DNA from: Octopus sinensis
Taxonomy: Eukaryota
Direction: 5' to 3'
NCBI RefSeq assembly: GCF_006345805.1
Contig: NC_042998.1
Coordinates: forward strand, 199,702,001 to 199,766,000
Length of the DNA: 64,000 bases
The notes under the pieces are model-generated. The model saw nothing but the letters and a program-made list of their open reading frames with translations. It searched no databases and was not told the DNA's origin. Position 1 is the stretch's first letter. Each line of letters opens with the position of its first letter. The position numbers and the translations under genes were made by a program. Shown piece after piece: positions 1 through 13,208 of this stretch.

Positions 1-550
1 GAGTACTGGTGGAATGCCCCAGTGAAGACCTCAATAAAATATAAGCATAACAGTCCTGATATAATGATTTTTGATGGAGAAGAGAAACTGTGTAGAGTTA
101 TGGAAGTTATGGAAGTTAGCTGCCCAGCGCATGTTAACATAAAGTGGAAAATCAGTGAAAAACAGCATAACTATATTAAACTATCGAGAAACCTGAAGTT
201 ACAATATCCAGATTACAAGTTCTGGTATATACTTGTAATTATTGGAACAGTGGGATAGGTAACACACTGCCTAAATACCAATCTTGAGAAATTAAGCTTC
301 TCAAATCCAGAAAGGAGGAAGTTGATTTGAAGACTACAGATCCAATTTATCACTGGAACTGCAAAACTATAAAACTTTCGAGGAGTTTATGATATAAATA
401 AATCTGAGGATGTCTCGATATACAAGTATATGCATTAGAATACATACATAAAACAAAAAATAATTCCAATGAAAGAGCTGTGGATCTAGGTTAGAAACCG
501 GCTCTTTCTCTATTGGCAAGAAATCTTGAAATGAAACTGAAGAATGACAT
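1..550 (+). mobile_element. R4/Dong-clade LINE 3' end (restriction-like endonuclease C-terminus plus 3'UTR), decayed
   Basis: Translation EYWWNAPVKTSIKYKHNSPDIMIFDGEEKLCRVMEV..SCP...VIIGTVG...ITGTAKL matches the R4/Dong RPD..D/E endonuclease pattern. It has frameshifts and runs into (CATA)n. Confidence 0.85.
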
Positions 551-776
551 ATATACATACTAGCTATTTAACTACCTACCTACATACATACCTACCTAGC
601 TACATACATACCACCTACCTACCTACCTACATACATACAACATACATACATACATATCTACCTACCTATCTACGTACATACATACATCCACACATACATA
701 TATGTAATATATGTATGTTTATATATATATGTGCATATACTACATAAATATATATATACAAATAATATATACATAC

Positions 777-807
<31 letters not shown>

Positions 808-990
808 ATATATATAATAATATATATATATATATCTAAGTGTAAGTATAGGCAATTATACATGTGTGCATAGTATTGGTCAACATATGCAGTATATGTA
901 CTCATATACAATATATTCATATATAAGTTTAGGTGTGTGAATGTGTAAAGCATACATATACATTCAGATAAATATGTGTATCTCAGTATG

Positions 991-1021
<31 letters not shown>

Positions 1022-1286
1022 ATACACACACACACACAAACACACACATATATATATACATATATACACACATATATTTATTTATTAATATATACACACA
1101 TGCATATATATGTATGTACACTTATGTGTGTGTATAGGTATGGTCACGCAAACATATATCCACGCACACATATATACGTGTCGTGTGTACATACGCAAAT
1201 ATAGATGCACTTTATATATATATATATATATATATAATCATATATATGTATATATACATATACATATATATATACTATACATACAT

Positions 1287-1319
<33 letters not shown>

Positions 1320-1331
1320 CTCATATATATG

Positions 1332-1388
<57 letters not shown>

Positions 1389-1430
1389 TTATATATATAT
1401 ATACATATATATATACACATGTATGTATGT
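551..1430. repeat. Compound microsatellite (CATA/TACC, AT, CT, CA)
   Basis: Directly visible simple repeats. Confidence 0.95.
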
Positions 1431-3011
1431 ATAAAACTGTTGTTACGTCCCCTCGGCTTTAGGCATTACAAGGCCCAACTTCAGTCAAAAGAAGAAATGA
1501 TTATAATTATTCATAATATTGCCCTGAATGGGATGAATCAAACGAATCAAGAAACCTGGTCTTCGCCGATCTGGAAATATTAATAGTGAATCTATGACCA
1601 CATATACACACAAAATGCATTCACACACAAACACACACGCACACACACGCACACACACAAACACTCGACACACACACACACACACACACATATGTTTATA
1701 TTTTACATTTATATTAAAATATTTTTGGTTCATTTATGAAATTATTTAATAGAAATCAAGTTAAATATTTAGATCGTCATGGCTATTATTCAGCACCTTT
1801 CCTTGCACATGAACTTTCAATAAATAGCGCTGATTCTTATAAATTACTCACTGAACCATTGCTATGTCAAGGCATATTATAACTCCTCTATCGTTCCGTT
1901 TAGAAAAGTTCCAATGCTCGACTCTAATGGTTAATGGTTTTTTTCCTTTCTACACGTTTATGTGCTTTGGCCATTAACACTTCTATACAATATATTGACT
2001 GATACGAAATAAAATTTTAATGAGTGGATATATTCTTCGCCCTGACAGTGCAATAGCTATATTGAGGTATAAAATATAGTATTCCATCGTTATGAGTTTT
2101 CACGTTGATCACGTGTTGATAAAGTTTGGAGATCCTAGTTAAGGGTCGCTGGTTCGAGTCATGTTGACAGCACTGCGCTTTGTTGTCATGATACAGGTCA
2201 TATTTGATCGTGTAGTTTTATGAATAAGGATACCATAGAAATTTTAGCAGAATATGGAATACATAATCTATGAGTAATTTCTGTTTGAAGAAGTCACTAT
2301 TTGACTTGATATAGATCATGCAAGAAATAGTAGACACATCTCCCTGAAATCCCAGATGCCAACGACCGGTCGGTTCAAAGTCTCCCTTGACCACAAGTGG
2401 CCTGAACTTTTTACATGAACACCACCCTGTACATAACTCCATGTCCCCCTTGCCTTTTGCTTTTTGAGCCAAAAAATTAACTAACTAACCAACTAACTTC
2501 TCAAATCAGACCCAACATATTGGACAGTATCTATAAAAGTATGCATGCTCACGCAGTGGCTCACATGCACGTATACACACACACGCATGCGCAACACATG
2601 ACCTCAAACACACAGAGTCTCTCTCTCTCTCTTAGTTATGATTGTCACACATTAGGAAGAAACCTAAAGCGATCTTTCGTTCCCGACGTTAGAAGAAACA
2701 TGACGTGCGGGAAATGCATGTCACCTGATTTCATGCGGCTTTGTTCCAAGTAGAAATAATGGACATTGATTCTTTTGTCTTTCTCGGATTTTCTCAGTCA
2801 TTCTCAGTCATCAATATAGGTGCGTTTCCTGCTTCCACGCTATCAGTTTAAAACAATCCATTTTATATTAGTACGATTCGCTTCTAGCAATTGTCATTAG
2901 TTTACTGTCTCAATTATGTAGGATGTCAGGTTTAATTAAATAGTATTCAAAGACGTGCGTAATCCCATATGCATATATATATAATATATATATTATATAT
3001 ATATAATATAT

Positions 3012-3060
<49 letters not shown>

Positions 3061-3578
3061 GTGTGTATGTTTATATGCATGTAAATATGTATGTATGTAT
3101 GTAAGTGTGTGTGCATAGATTGCTTGAAGTGGTGTACAGATGACTAAGTAAAAGAAGTTATTGAGAACTTTGGATAATTACTTATTAAAGCTTTCATCTC
3201 ACCTGTTTCAGGCGACTCATCATATTTGATCATTCACAGATTTTTATTTTGCTGCATTTTGTAGAAATGTGGAAAAAAAATTGTTCTTGTTATCTATACA
3301 TATGTGTATACACATGCTTGCACACACACATAGATACGCAACATGTATATAAGCACGCATACATACATGAATACATACACACTTACATATATATATATAT
3401 ATATATATATATTAAGAAAGGAGGAGGAGAATTTGGAATATCGCGACGTGGTGGTTGTAAAGCAATACACACAAACAAACACGCATACACATAAACTAAA
3501 AGAAGGAAAACGCACACAGTTTACATAGTTTTCATATATTTTCAAAAATATATTTAATAAGTGAAAGAGTATTGTGTT

Positions 3579-3610
3579 TGTCAACCGGTTTCGCTTCGTT
3601 AATCATGACA
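3579..3610 (-). ncRNA. Minimal hammerhead-like fold, A3:U8 core (one stem II lesion)
   Basis: Minus strand: tgtc AUGAUUA ac-gaa-gc GAAA ccgg UU gaca. Stem I tgtc/gaca, palindromic ACCGGT. Flanks resemble 19150-19350 and 20280-20620. Confidence 0.6.
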
Positions 3611-3924
3611 TTGAAGTTATTGCATTTTCGTATTTTCTTAAGATTTTAGTCTATGTTGTGTGTGGATGTCTGAGAGTTTGTGAATGAATCAACAAGTAGA
3701 AAAATCCAACGGGAGAAAATTGGTGATCGTTGTTATTGGGGACGGGGGAGGTACTTGCTCTTTTTTGGAGGAGGGGATAAATAAATGTACAAAAACCCAA
3801 AGCTAAAGTAATGAGTTGAAATATGTACAGTAATGGGTATGTGATCATGAATTAAAATATATACTAAGATCATAGTTCGTTATGCTTTCATATTTAGGCA
3901 TAAAGATGCAGATAACTCAATAGT

Positions 3925-4112
3925 AACACAGTTCTATATCTAAGAGATGAGGAATTATGTACATTATTTACATTATTTACATTTGACGGATATTTGACCT
4001 CATCTTGTATGTTGTTAACACAACGTTTCGGCTGATATAACCTCCAGTTTTCGTCAGGTGTCGTGAGTAAATTTCGAACCTGTGTTCTCATTCCTAAGAT
4101 ATTTTTCGATGT
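3925..4112 (-). mobile_element. Short HHR-bearing interspersed element (family X), directly downstream of a Dong (AAT)n tail
   Basis: Partial related copies at 17995-18071 (gatgaggaattatgtac...gatatttgtcctcat) and 46805-46900 (tccagc..aattcgaacc..ctcattcctaagg). Confidence 0.65.
4017..4062 (-). ncRNA. Minimal type-I hammerhead, canonical C3:G8 core, eroded stem II
   Basis: Minus strand: gacac CUGACGA a aactg-gaggttatat-cagcc GAAA cg UU gtgtt. Stem I gacac/gtgtt, palindrome AACGTT. Only 3 bp of stem II remain. Confidence 0.7.
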
Positions 4113-4143
4113 TGTTGTTGTTATTATTATTATTATTATTATT

Positions 4144-5285
4144 CAGTAGTTTTATTTTCATAGTGTGCTTTCACTTCACTACCGAGCGCAGCTCTGTGTG
4201 CCTGGATATGTGCTGTGATTCGTTGTGATGCTCTGATGGTTATTGTATGGAAAGTGTTCTGCGTAGGATGTGTGCAGTGCCTAGTAGTACAATTTTCTGT
4301 ATGTTATATGGTTGTAAGTCCTGGGTTTTTGTTTGTATTTGTCTGAATATTTTTTTATCATGCCTAATGCACCTACTATGATAGGAATTGTTTCTGTTTT
4401 TAGATTCACATTCTGGTTACCCTATTTCCAGGTCTTTGTATTTTGAGAGTTTCTCCATTTCTTTTAGAGACACGTTGTCATCTGCTGGTATTGATACATC
4501 AATTAGAAAGCATTTTTTTTCTTCCTGATCTCTGACAACTATATCTGGTCTGTTGGCCTTAATTTCTCTATCTGTGTGTATCGGCATATCCCAGAGTATG
4601 GTTGCTTTCTCGTTTTCTGTGACCTTTTCTGGTGTGTGCCTATACCATCTTTTTTCTGTTGTTATTCCATAATGTTGGCATAGCTTCCAATGTATATAGG
4701 TAGTTAAGGATATTGTAGCTGTAACTTATAACTGGGAAAGCTAAAGTGCTAATACCTATTATCTTGTTTTTAGCATTGAGCTCTGTTTTTAGTATTGATC
4801 TAACTCGTCTATAATATTCTTTTTTTATTTTCTCTTTCATTTGTGTGTGTTGTGTCATATCCAGTTTATGGATTCCTACATATTTGTAAGTTTGGCTTTG
4901 GTCTAATTCTTTTATTTCATTGGTTTTATCTAATGTGATGTTGCTACTCTAACTAGTTTTCCTCTTTTCATGGTTACTTTGGCGCATTTTTCTAATCCAA
5001 ATTTCATATCTATTTCTTTGGTAAATCCATGAACTGTTTTTAATAGTGTTTCCAGCTGTTTGTCATTTGCAGCGTATAGTTTTAGGTCACCCATATATAA
5101 AAGGTGGCTGATCGTTTTGCCGTAACATTTATATCGCATCAGTACTATTTAGCATATCAGATAGAGGTGACAGTGCAAAGCAGAAAAGGAGTGGAGAGAG
5201 CGTGTCTCCCGGAATATTCCTCTTCTAATGGGGATGGCTTTGGTTTTCATGAGTCCCTCTTTTATTTGGAGCTGATGTTGCACTG
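4144..5285 (-). mobile_element. R4/Dong LINE, 5'-truncated and internally deleted, ending in (AAT)n
   Basis: RT motifs RRGIF.GDTLSPLLFC and SHLLYMGDLKLYA, then IHWKLCQHYG..WYRHTPEKV..ILWDMPIHTDREIKANRPDIVV..CFLIDVSIP..IPIIVGALG..LLGTAHILRRTLS*. (AAT)n tail at 4113-4143. Confidence 0.92.
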
Positions 5286-5479
5286 ATGAACTTAGAATGC
5301 ATATTCTGCATTAATTGCGAAATCACAGGTGATATGTAACTAAATTTGTTTTTAAATGATTGCTTTGAAGTTTACATTCGGTAAAATGTTGTTTATTTTA
5401 GTAGTTTTGACCGCATTTGGTCCCTCTTAGCGTGTGGTATCTACGAATAGCAGTACCCACAATATAATATATATATATA

Positions 5480-6527
5480 TATATGCGTGCTTACATATGT
5501 TTTTTAAAAAGTCTCTGCATCCGTATTCAACACAATCCACAATGTTGAATCTCCAGAGTACCAAAAAATGAGCCATGGCTCGGAAAAAAATTGGAATGCT
5601 ACCTCTTGATTGTAGGTATTTTGAGACAGTACTTCCAGCCACACTAATTTCTCAATTTTGCACTCGGTCGCATTGAGAGCGTGTATTTGGGCATTACCAT
5701 GTGCTCACCCTTAATTGACCCATGTTCCATAATTGTTGAGCATAAAGGTTAGCTTTCACAGCCTGATCCAAACTCACCGCGCAACGACCCATTGAAATTC
5801 TACTTAACACATAGTATGGACATTTGTTCAACCATCCTTATTTCAGAACTTGTTGCTGGCTCTGAAACCTGGCCGGAACAAAGACACTGATTTCTATTGT
5901 TGATTTATTAATATTACAAAACAGGTCGATTTTTCATTACCACCCACAATTCGGTGCCAGAAACAATTTGCCGTTGTTTGCAAATATTTGGATACCATTC
6001 AATCTTGTCATTGTTCATTTCATGAGGTACTTTTCGATAGCGTCTGTTCACAAGGTCGAACTTATTGAGGTGTCGACTGAGGATGCTTCTGTTGGACGTA
6101 AAGCTATCGACGATGTCCGAGTTAGTGTGTGTGACTGTTGTTCAACTATTTCAAGCAATTTTCTTATCCCACAACACAAGGTGTTCCTGGTCTTGGTTTT
6201 TCTTCCAAGGTGGTGTCACCTTCCTTGAAGCGTCTCAATCGGTTTTGTACCACACTTTCATTGACAGTTCCGGGACTTTCCACAACCTTAGTTCTTGTGC
6301 CGCTGTCCTTGAGGAATTTTATTTTTACCACAGTTGGTGCAATTGTTTCACCACTCATTATCAAAGCTATGAAGTAAAGAGTAAAGAATTAACGTTTATT
6401 ATTATATATGAAAACGAAGAATAAAATCTCAGATGGACAATGAATTATATGAATTAGTAATACAACATTCAGGAACATGTTGCCCAAAATAATCATTGAA
6501 TATCTAAAGACAATCTTGACCCAACCT

Positions 6528-6530
<3 letters not shown>
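5480..6530 (-). mobile_element. Mariner transposon remnant
   Basis: HTH segment VNESVVQNRLRRFKEGDTTLEEKPRPGTP (6164-6364), decayed catalytic-domain remnants at 5550-5800, and a TA-flanked terminus near 6525. Confidence 0.75.
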
Positions 6531-6565
<35 letters not shown>

Positions 6566-6637
6566 TATATTATATAATATATATATATATATATTATATA
6601 CATAGATATACATATATATACATACTAGTATATATAG

Positions 6638-6674
<37 letters not shown>

Positions 6675-6719
6675 TTGGATATATTCCCTAATATTTATTA
6701 TATTAATATATATTATATA

Positions 6720-6751
<32 letters not shown>

Positions 6752-6775
6752 GTAGATATATATATATATATATAT

Positions 6776-6990
6776 ATTACGTAGATGTACTTGCATAGCA
6801 AGTGATTGATCTGAGATCGTGTGCTGAAACGAAAACAATTGCTGCGTGGAAGGTGTTTGTAAGCCATTTAAGAAAGAACCAAAAGCCGTTCGATTCACTT
6901 CAACATTTGAGTTTAATTTGTCAAAATATTTTCGTCGCTTTTAGACCGCGACCTGTTCACTGACAAAAATCTTTGCTGCATCTCTTTTTA
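6776..6990 (-). mobile_element. PLE-terminal-repeat-like element (family Y) carrying a G3:C8 hammerhead
   Basis: Contains the 6917-6967 fold. Its end (ttacg.agatgtacttgca) recurs at ~10962-10982. Confidence 0.55.
6917..6967 (-). ncRNA. Minimal type-I hammerhead fold with G3:C8 core, structurally intact
   Basis: Minus strand: tttgtca GUGAACA g gtcgc-ggtctaaaa-gcgac GAAA atat UU tgacaaa. 7-bp stem I, 5-bp stem II, palindromic AAATATTT stem III. Confidence 0.75.
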
Positions 6991-6998
6991 CACGGATT

Positions 6999-6999
<1 letters not shown>

Positions 7000-7046
<47 letters not shown>

Positions 7047-7112
7047 CTTCTTCTTCTTCTTCTTCTGTTGTTGCTGCTGCTGCCGTTGTTACTATTGCTG
7101 CTGCTGGTGCTG

Positions 7113-7144
<32 letters not shown>

Positions 7145-7298
7145 GCTGCTACTACTGCTGCTACTACTGCTGCTGCTACTACTTCGACTACTACTAATAC
7201 TACTACTACTACTGATACTACTACTACTCCTACTGCTACTACTACTGCTGCTGCTGCTGCTACTACTACTACTACTACTACTACTGCTGCTGCTTCTA

Positions 7299-7331
<33 letters not shown>

Positions 7332-7360
7332 TTATTACTACTACTACAACTACTACTGCT

Positions 7361-7414
<54 letters not shown>

Positions 7415-7425
7415 ACTACCACCAC
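7000..7425. repeat. Compound microsatellite (TCTA)n-(TCT)n-(GCT/ACT)n-(ACC)n
   Basis: Directly visible. It explains the poly-L/S/V ORFs at 7036-7649. Confidence 0.95.
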
Positions 7426-7845
7426 CACTCGTCTTTTTGTTTATTACACTTCTGATTTTCCTCAGGATTTCACAAACAAGTTTAACAATTCCTGCATTCT
7501 TCGTTCCCTTCACCGGTCACCTTACCTACCACACATCTTGTACCATCACAACACTTCTCATTCCTGAATATCCCTTCGCCTGTAAACTCCACATTTCCAA
7601 CCCAACACTTACCCTGGACTTTCAGTGTAACAGTCACGAAAAGAAATAATTCTCACAGTTCTGACCACTCAGAACACAACGCTAACTTACATAGCAAGAG
7701 TCGCCTAGCAATGTTTTCCTTCTTTCTATAATAAACACTTCTCATGTAATTCATCCCATTCCTTGCAAATCCATTTCGCTTTATTGGCCTCGTTTTTACA
7801 CCTATTTTATTACGTATTATACAGACGCACAAAAAAGTGATACGT

Positions 7846-7895
<50 letters not shown>

Positions 7896-8076
7896 ATATA
7901 TATATATATATATGTATGTATATATATATTAGATATATATATGTATGTATATATATATATATGCATATATATATACATGTATATATATAGATACATATTT
8001 ATATATATCTATATATAGATATATATACACAATACATACTCATATGTATTAATACACACACACACACAAGCATTTA

Positions 8077-8117
<41 letters not shown>

Positions 8118-9586
8118 AGTACATACATAAAAATTACACATTAGATATATTATGTATATGCATATTATAATATATATATTATATATATATATATAGATAT
8201 ATATATATATATGAAAATATAAATACGTATATATACATATATGTACATATATATACATATATACATATCCATTTCCGCTTAACGTTACCTAGACATTGAC
8301 ATGAATCAGCTATCTTTAGCTAGACGTGCATTTCAATAAACACAGACTTTACCACACAAAGGCGAACACATTCAAATAATACGGAGTTAAGCACATATTT
8401 ACCAATGTATACTTATACGCATATATCCACATCAAAGTACGTCTTATATATATATACACGTGGGTCTATCTTTCTTTCTTTCTGTGTATATCTATGTATA
8501 CTATCTCATTCTGTCTCTCTCCCTCTCTCCTCTCTCTCCCTATATATATATATATATATATATATAGATTATAATATATATATATATTTATATATACATA
8601 TATATATATATTCTCTATGAATATACTTAAGCATTTACTGAGTGTAAGTGTTGAATACGCGTGTGCTTGTGTAGGTGATTTTAAATGGAGCTTATATAAT
8701 ATACATTCATATACGTTCATATATATAGATATGTGTCTACGTATATACTCATGTATACATGATCACACACGAGCACGCGGGAACGTATATACATGTATTT
8801 ATAAGTACAAATATATTGTGCAGAGTGTACATGTAATCATTTTCAATTTTTTTTCTTCTAATGCTTGTGTATATCCATGAATCTTTTTCTAAACACACAC
8901 AAAAACATACACACACACACACACACAATCACTCACACAACCGCACACACACATATATACATATATATTCTCAGTGAATATATTTATTTAACTAAAGATT
9001 TATAATACCTAATATATATATATATATTATATATGCATATATATATGTAATATATATATATATATATGTATGTATATATATATATATATATATATTTTAT
9101 ATATATATATATAATATATATCAAACACACACACACAACACACAATATATATATAGAGAGAGAGATAGATAGATAGATATAGATATAGATAAATGTATAT
9201 ATATATACACATAGAGATACATGTATTCTGTGTTCACATGATATATACCATTTCCACTATCCAAATGTTATACGATTTGTTGTACAAAAAGAAGAAATAG
9301 CAAGAATTGCGCCAAAAAAGTTGGTCAAACATTTTGAGTGAATTGAAGAGATATATCTCATAAAATTACCAGTTCTAGTTCGAATATTGATGGTGAAGTG
9401 TTTTTATGAGATTTCTTAGAATTGCAAATAATGGTGTATTGTATGCGTTGTTGTATGGAAAGGAAAATTGTTCAGGAAAGTCAATAATTCGCTTGGAAAT
9501 CAGCACCGATTATTACCAAGTTCGAAACAAAGTCTGGTTTCTAGGGTGAATATATAATGCGTTTATTTGCGTTCGTGAGTGCGTTC

Positions 9587-9648
<62 letters not shown>

Positions 9649-9774
9649 ATGTGTGTGTGTGTATGTGCGTTACATCTTTAGGCAGGCTGTAGTTGTATTG
9701 TAACAGACAAATATTCGTATAATTTTCATTTCCGAAATAAACCTCTTCCTTCTATCTTCTCTTCCACGGCATCC

Positions 9775-9776
9775 GG

Positions 9777-9815
<39 letters not shown>

Positions 9816-9917
9816 TCAACATCTTCTTCGTCTCTTCTTCTTCTTCTTCTTCTTCTTCTTCTTCTTCTTCTTCTTCTTCTTTTTCTTCTTCTTTTTCTTC
9901 TTCTTCTTCTTCTTCTT

Positions 9918-9971
<54 letters not shown>

Positions 9972-10060
9972 AATCATCGTCGTCGTCGTCGTCGTCGGTC
10001 ATCATCATCTTCATCATCATCATCATCATCATCGTCATCATCATCGTCATCATCGTCATT
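9775..10060. repeat. Compound trinucleotide repeat (ATC)n/(TTC)n/(GTC)n
   Basis: Directly visible. Confidence 0.95.
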
Positions 10061-11258
10061 AACAGTAGCCACCGTAGCTTAATTATTAATTTCTTATCGT
10101 TCCCATTCTTCTTTTTCCTCTTCTTAACTTATTTCCCCCTCCTTCCGCTTGTTTCCCCCTCCTCCTCCTCCTCCTCATCCTCTTGTATCTCCAATGCTTT
10201 ATGCACCGTTACGTCTTATATGGAAGTAGGTTATGGGCATGTTTCGAGCCAGTTATTCTATTTGTCACAACACAGACCATTAAATGAACAGTTAGATAAA
10301 CAGATAGCCAGATAGACAGGCTCGCAAGATACGCACATAGATATCCTTTTAGTATAAATGCTTCAGGAATACGTTTTATTCGTTACAAACGTATTTGTTT
10401 TGAGATTCAGTTGTTGTATACAAACAGTGGACGCATCTTTTCAATGTATGATACACGGAATCGGTCAAGGAAAAAGGTGTCACGTACAAACTTAAAAGGT
10501 AATGGTTTCGCAGCAGAGAGAGAACAATCGATTCGGATGTCGGAATTCTGTGACAAATAAAGACCCGCAAATTATTCTCGAAATAAAAGCACGAAATAGA
10601 ATTCTCAGGATAGAAGATAGTAATATGAATGGCACTGCCCATGCCAGGAGTCATAGAAGAGACGAGGACGGGTTTGAAAGTAAAAGTTATATACTGCACT
10701 ACATAAAATCTATATTTATTGAAATCAACTTCACTTGGAGAAAAATATCAACCCTCGCGTAGCAAATCGATCTTCAAAATCAATGGTACTTTGATTTTTT
10801 TTTATCTGAATTGTAAAGAAAAAGAAGAAGAGAAGACATGAATATGTGTGTCCTTCGTTTCTATATATACACTTACGCGTATGCATGTGAGTGTATATGT
10901 ATGTGTATGTTTGTGTGTGTATGCGTGTGTATGTGTGTGTGTATCTGTGTGTGTATCTATTATTACGGAGATGTACTTGCAAATCTATACTTTATAATTC
11001 TCGAAATATTATGTTGATAAAGGAAATGAATTTTTTTATAATTCTAATCCAGAAACGCGTCCATAATTAATCGACGATGACTGTTTGATTTCATTATTTT
11101 CCTTCTTTTTACCTATGTGATTTATAGATATTGTTATCTGTGGAGTCATATTTTGTAGCGAAAAGCATTAGCGGTCTTTTGGCTGAAATTTTCGGTGTGG
11201 GTGAAGCCTCTTGTTGCTAAACCCTTAATTATATATCTAGTATATCTATATATATATA

Positions 11259-11301
<43 letters not shown>

Positions 11302-11925
11302 TATATATATACGCATGCATGATATACTTGTCGTTCGGTACGCTGATATGCATACATAATTACATAACATAATAGGATAGGGATTTGGTGTCAGGGCATG
11401 AATCTTATTAGCAGTCTGATATAATCAAGATCAGATAAACCTCATCGAATGATTGGGAACATTCAGAATCGTTTAAGATAAACAATTCAGTGATACTTGA
11501 CTCAAGAGCGCCTTCATTGAATTTTGCACAGCATATAGACATAAAAAAGAATGGAGAAAAACACGTCTTCGAAAATTCTTATTGTTTTATTCTTATTGAA
11601 TACCATGAAGTTTGCTGCTTCACCCACTCAAGTGGGTCAATCCTTGGACAAATCTTCCTAGGAATATTTCCAGCTGGATAATACTGTATTAAATAAGTTT
11701 TGCTAATGTATAATTCTCCATTCTTCCGTATGTTCTCTCTCTCTGTCTCTCTCTCTGTCTGTCCCCCTCTCTCTAGCTATATATCAATAAACCGATAGCT
11801 TGATAGGCAGATAAATAGACAGATAGGTAGATAGACGATAGCTAGTCAGATAGCCATGTTGATTCGCTAGCTTCTGCACGCATTTTTCTCTCTCCTTGTT
11901 TCTTTCTGTGTTTCTTTTCTGTGTA

Positions 11926-11963
11926 TCTTTCTGTTGAAGAGCGTAGGCTCGAAACGTAAAAGA
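11926..11963 (+). ncRNA. Minimal type-I hammerhead fold, C3:G8 core with A6U
   Basis: tcttt CUGUUGA a gagc-gtag-gctc GAAA cg UA aaaga. Perfect 5-bp stem I and 4-bp stem II, palindrome ACGT. Confidence 0.65.
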
Positions 11964-12059
11964 CTTGTTTTATTTATATTCCTGAGCTCCATACAAATAC
12001 AATTGTTTTTTTTTATATTCCACCTGCCTTCGTCTTTTGTTTATTTTCATAAAGCTCCC

Positions 12060-12106
12060 CAGATAGATAAGCATACAGATAGATAGAAAGATAGATAAGC
12101 GTACAA

Positions 12107-12174
<68 letters not shown>

Positions 12175-12175
12175 G
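12060..12175. repeat. (GATA)n microsatellite
   Basis: Directly visible. Confidence 0.95.
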
Positions 12176-12402
12176 TACACAATGAACGCACAGACACACA
12201 CTTCTTGAAACAATTGTAAAGAAATTTTACCACGAAAGCCGTCGTTTTAAGTCTAGACTATTGTTCAATCTAAGCCATTGTATACTCACAGTAGATGCGT
12301 CACTTCTGTAGTGTACCTTACAAGAAACCAGCGTCAAAGTGAAAGTGATTCATGTGTGCGTGGGCATATACATATACATGCATATATACATACATACATA
12401 TG

Positions 12403-12437
<35 letters not shown>

Positions 12438-12652
12438 GTATATATATGTATATATGTGTGTATATATATATGTGTATATGTATATTAATATGTCTATATA
12501 TATATGTACATATATAGGTATATGTATCGATATGTGTGTATATATATGTATATATATATATATTTATGTATATATGTATATGCTTATATATCTTATATAT
12601 ATATATCTATAGATATGTATATATATATGTGTCTATATATGTATAATATACA

Positions 12653-12706
<54 letters not shown>

Positions 12707-13208
12707 TAAATACTTACATATATATTGAGGATACACATATATGTATATACTTCTACAACTACAGATATATACGTACATGTGAAAGTACTTAGGCGTATAT
12801 AATCATGTCCGTATATGTCTATATATATAAGTTTTTGATTGCGTATAGATATACGTGTATAATTATTAATATGTGTGCATCATATACCATATTAGTATGT
12901 ATGTATGTATGTATACACAATCACACATATATATATATTTACATACAAAAATTTTTTAAAGAAATAAACAAACGTCTATCTCATCAGAAATAAAATTCCA
13001 CTGCAATCACATCAAATACGCGCATATTCCAAAAACATATAGAAGACATATTTATTACAGACTTGCAAAAACAATACCCGATACATTTTTAACAAACGGC
13101 ACACTAAAACCATTCGGCCATGAGATACAATTCATGAATGACAATAGACTGGCTCTGAATTTCATTCACACCTATCGTCATTAAGAAGCGCATATATATA
13201 TATATATA

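Noticed and set aside
2100-2220. Diverged tRNA-derived SINE head (ggttcgagtc)
   Set aside because: Only a B box is clear and no body matches other families here.
3190-3225. Hammerhead relic (minus strand atgatga..gaaacaggt), and a similar one at ~37335-37370
   Set aside because: 3:8 is not complementary or GAAA is lost, and there is no convincing stem I or II.
10410-10498. Possible + strand exon LLYTNSGRIFSMYDTRNRSRKKVSRTNLK with AG/GT borders
   Set aside because: No recognisable homology and only modest splice signals.
11600-11683. Minus-strand exon reading YYPAGNIPRK (CAP-domain-like motif)
   Set aside because: Weak acceptor, the downstream residues do not fit a CAP domain, and there are no partner exons.
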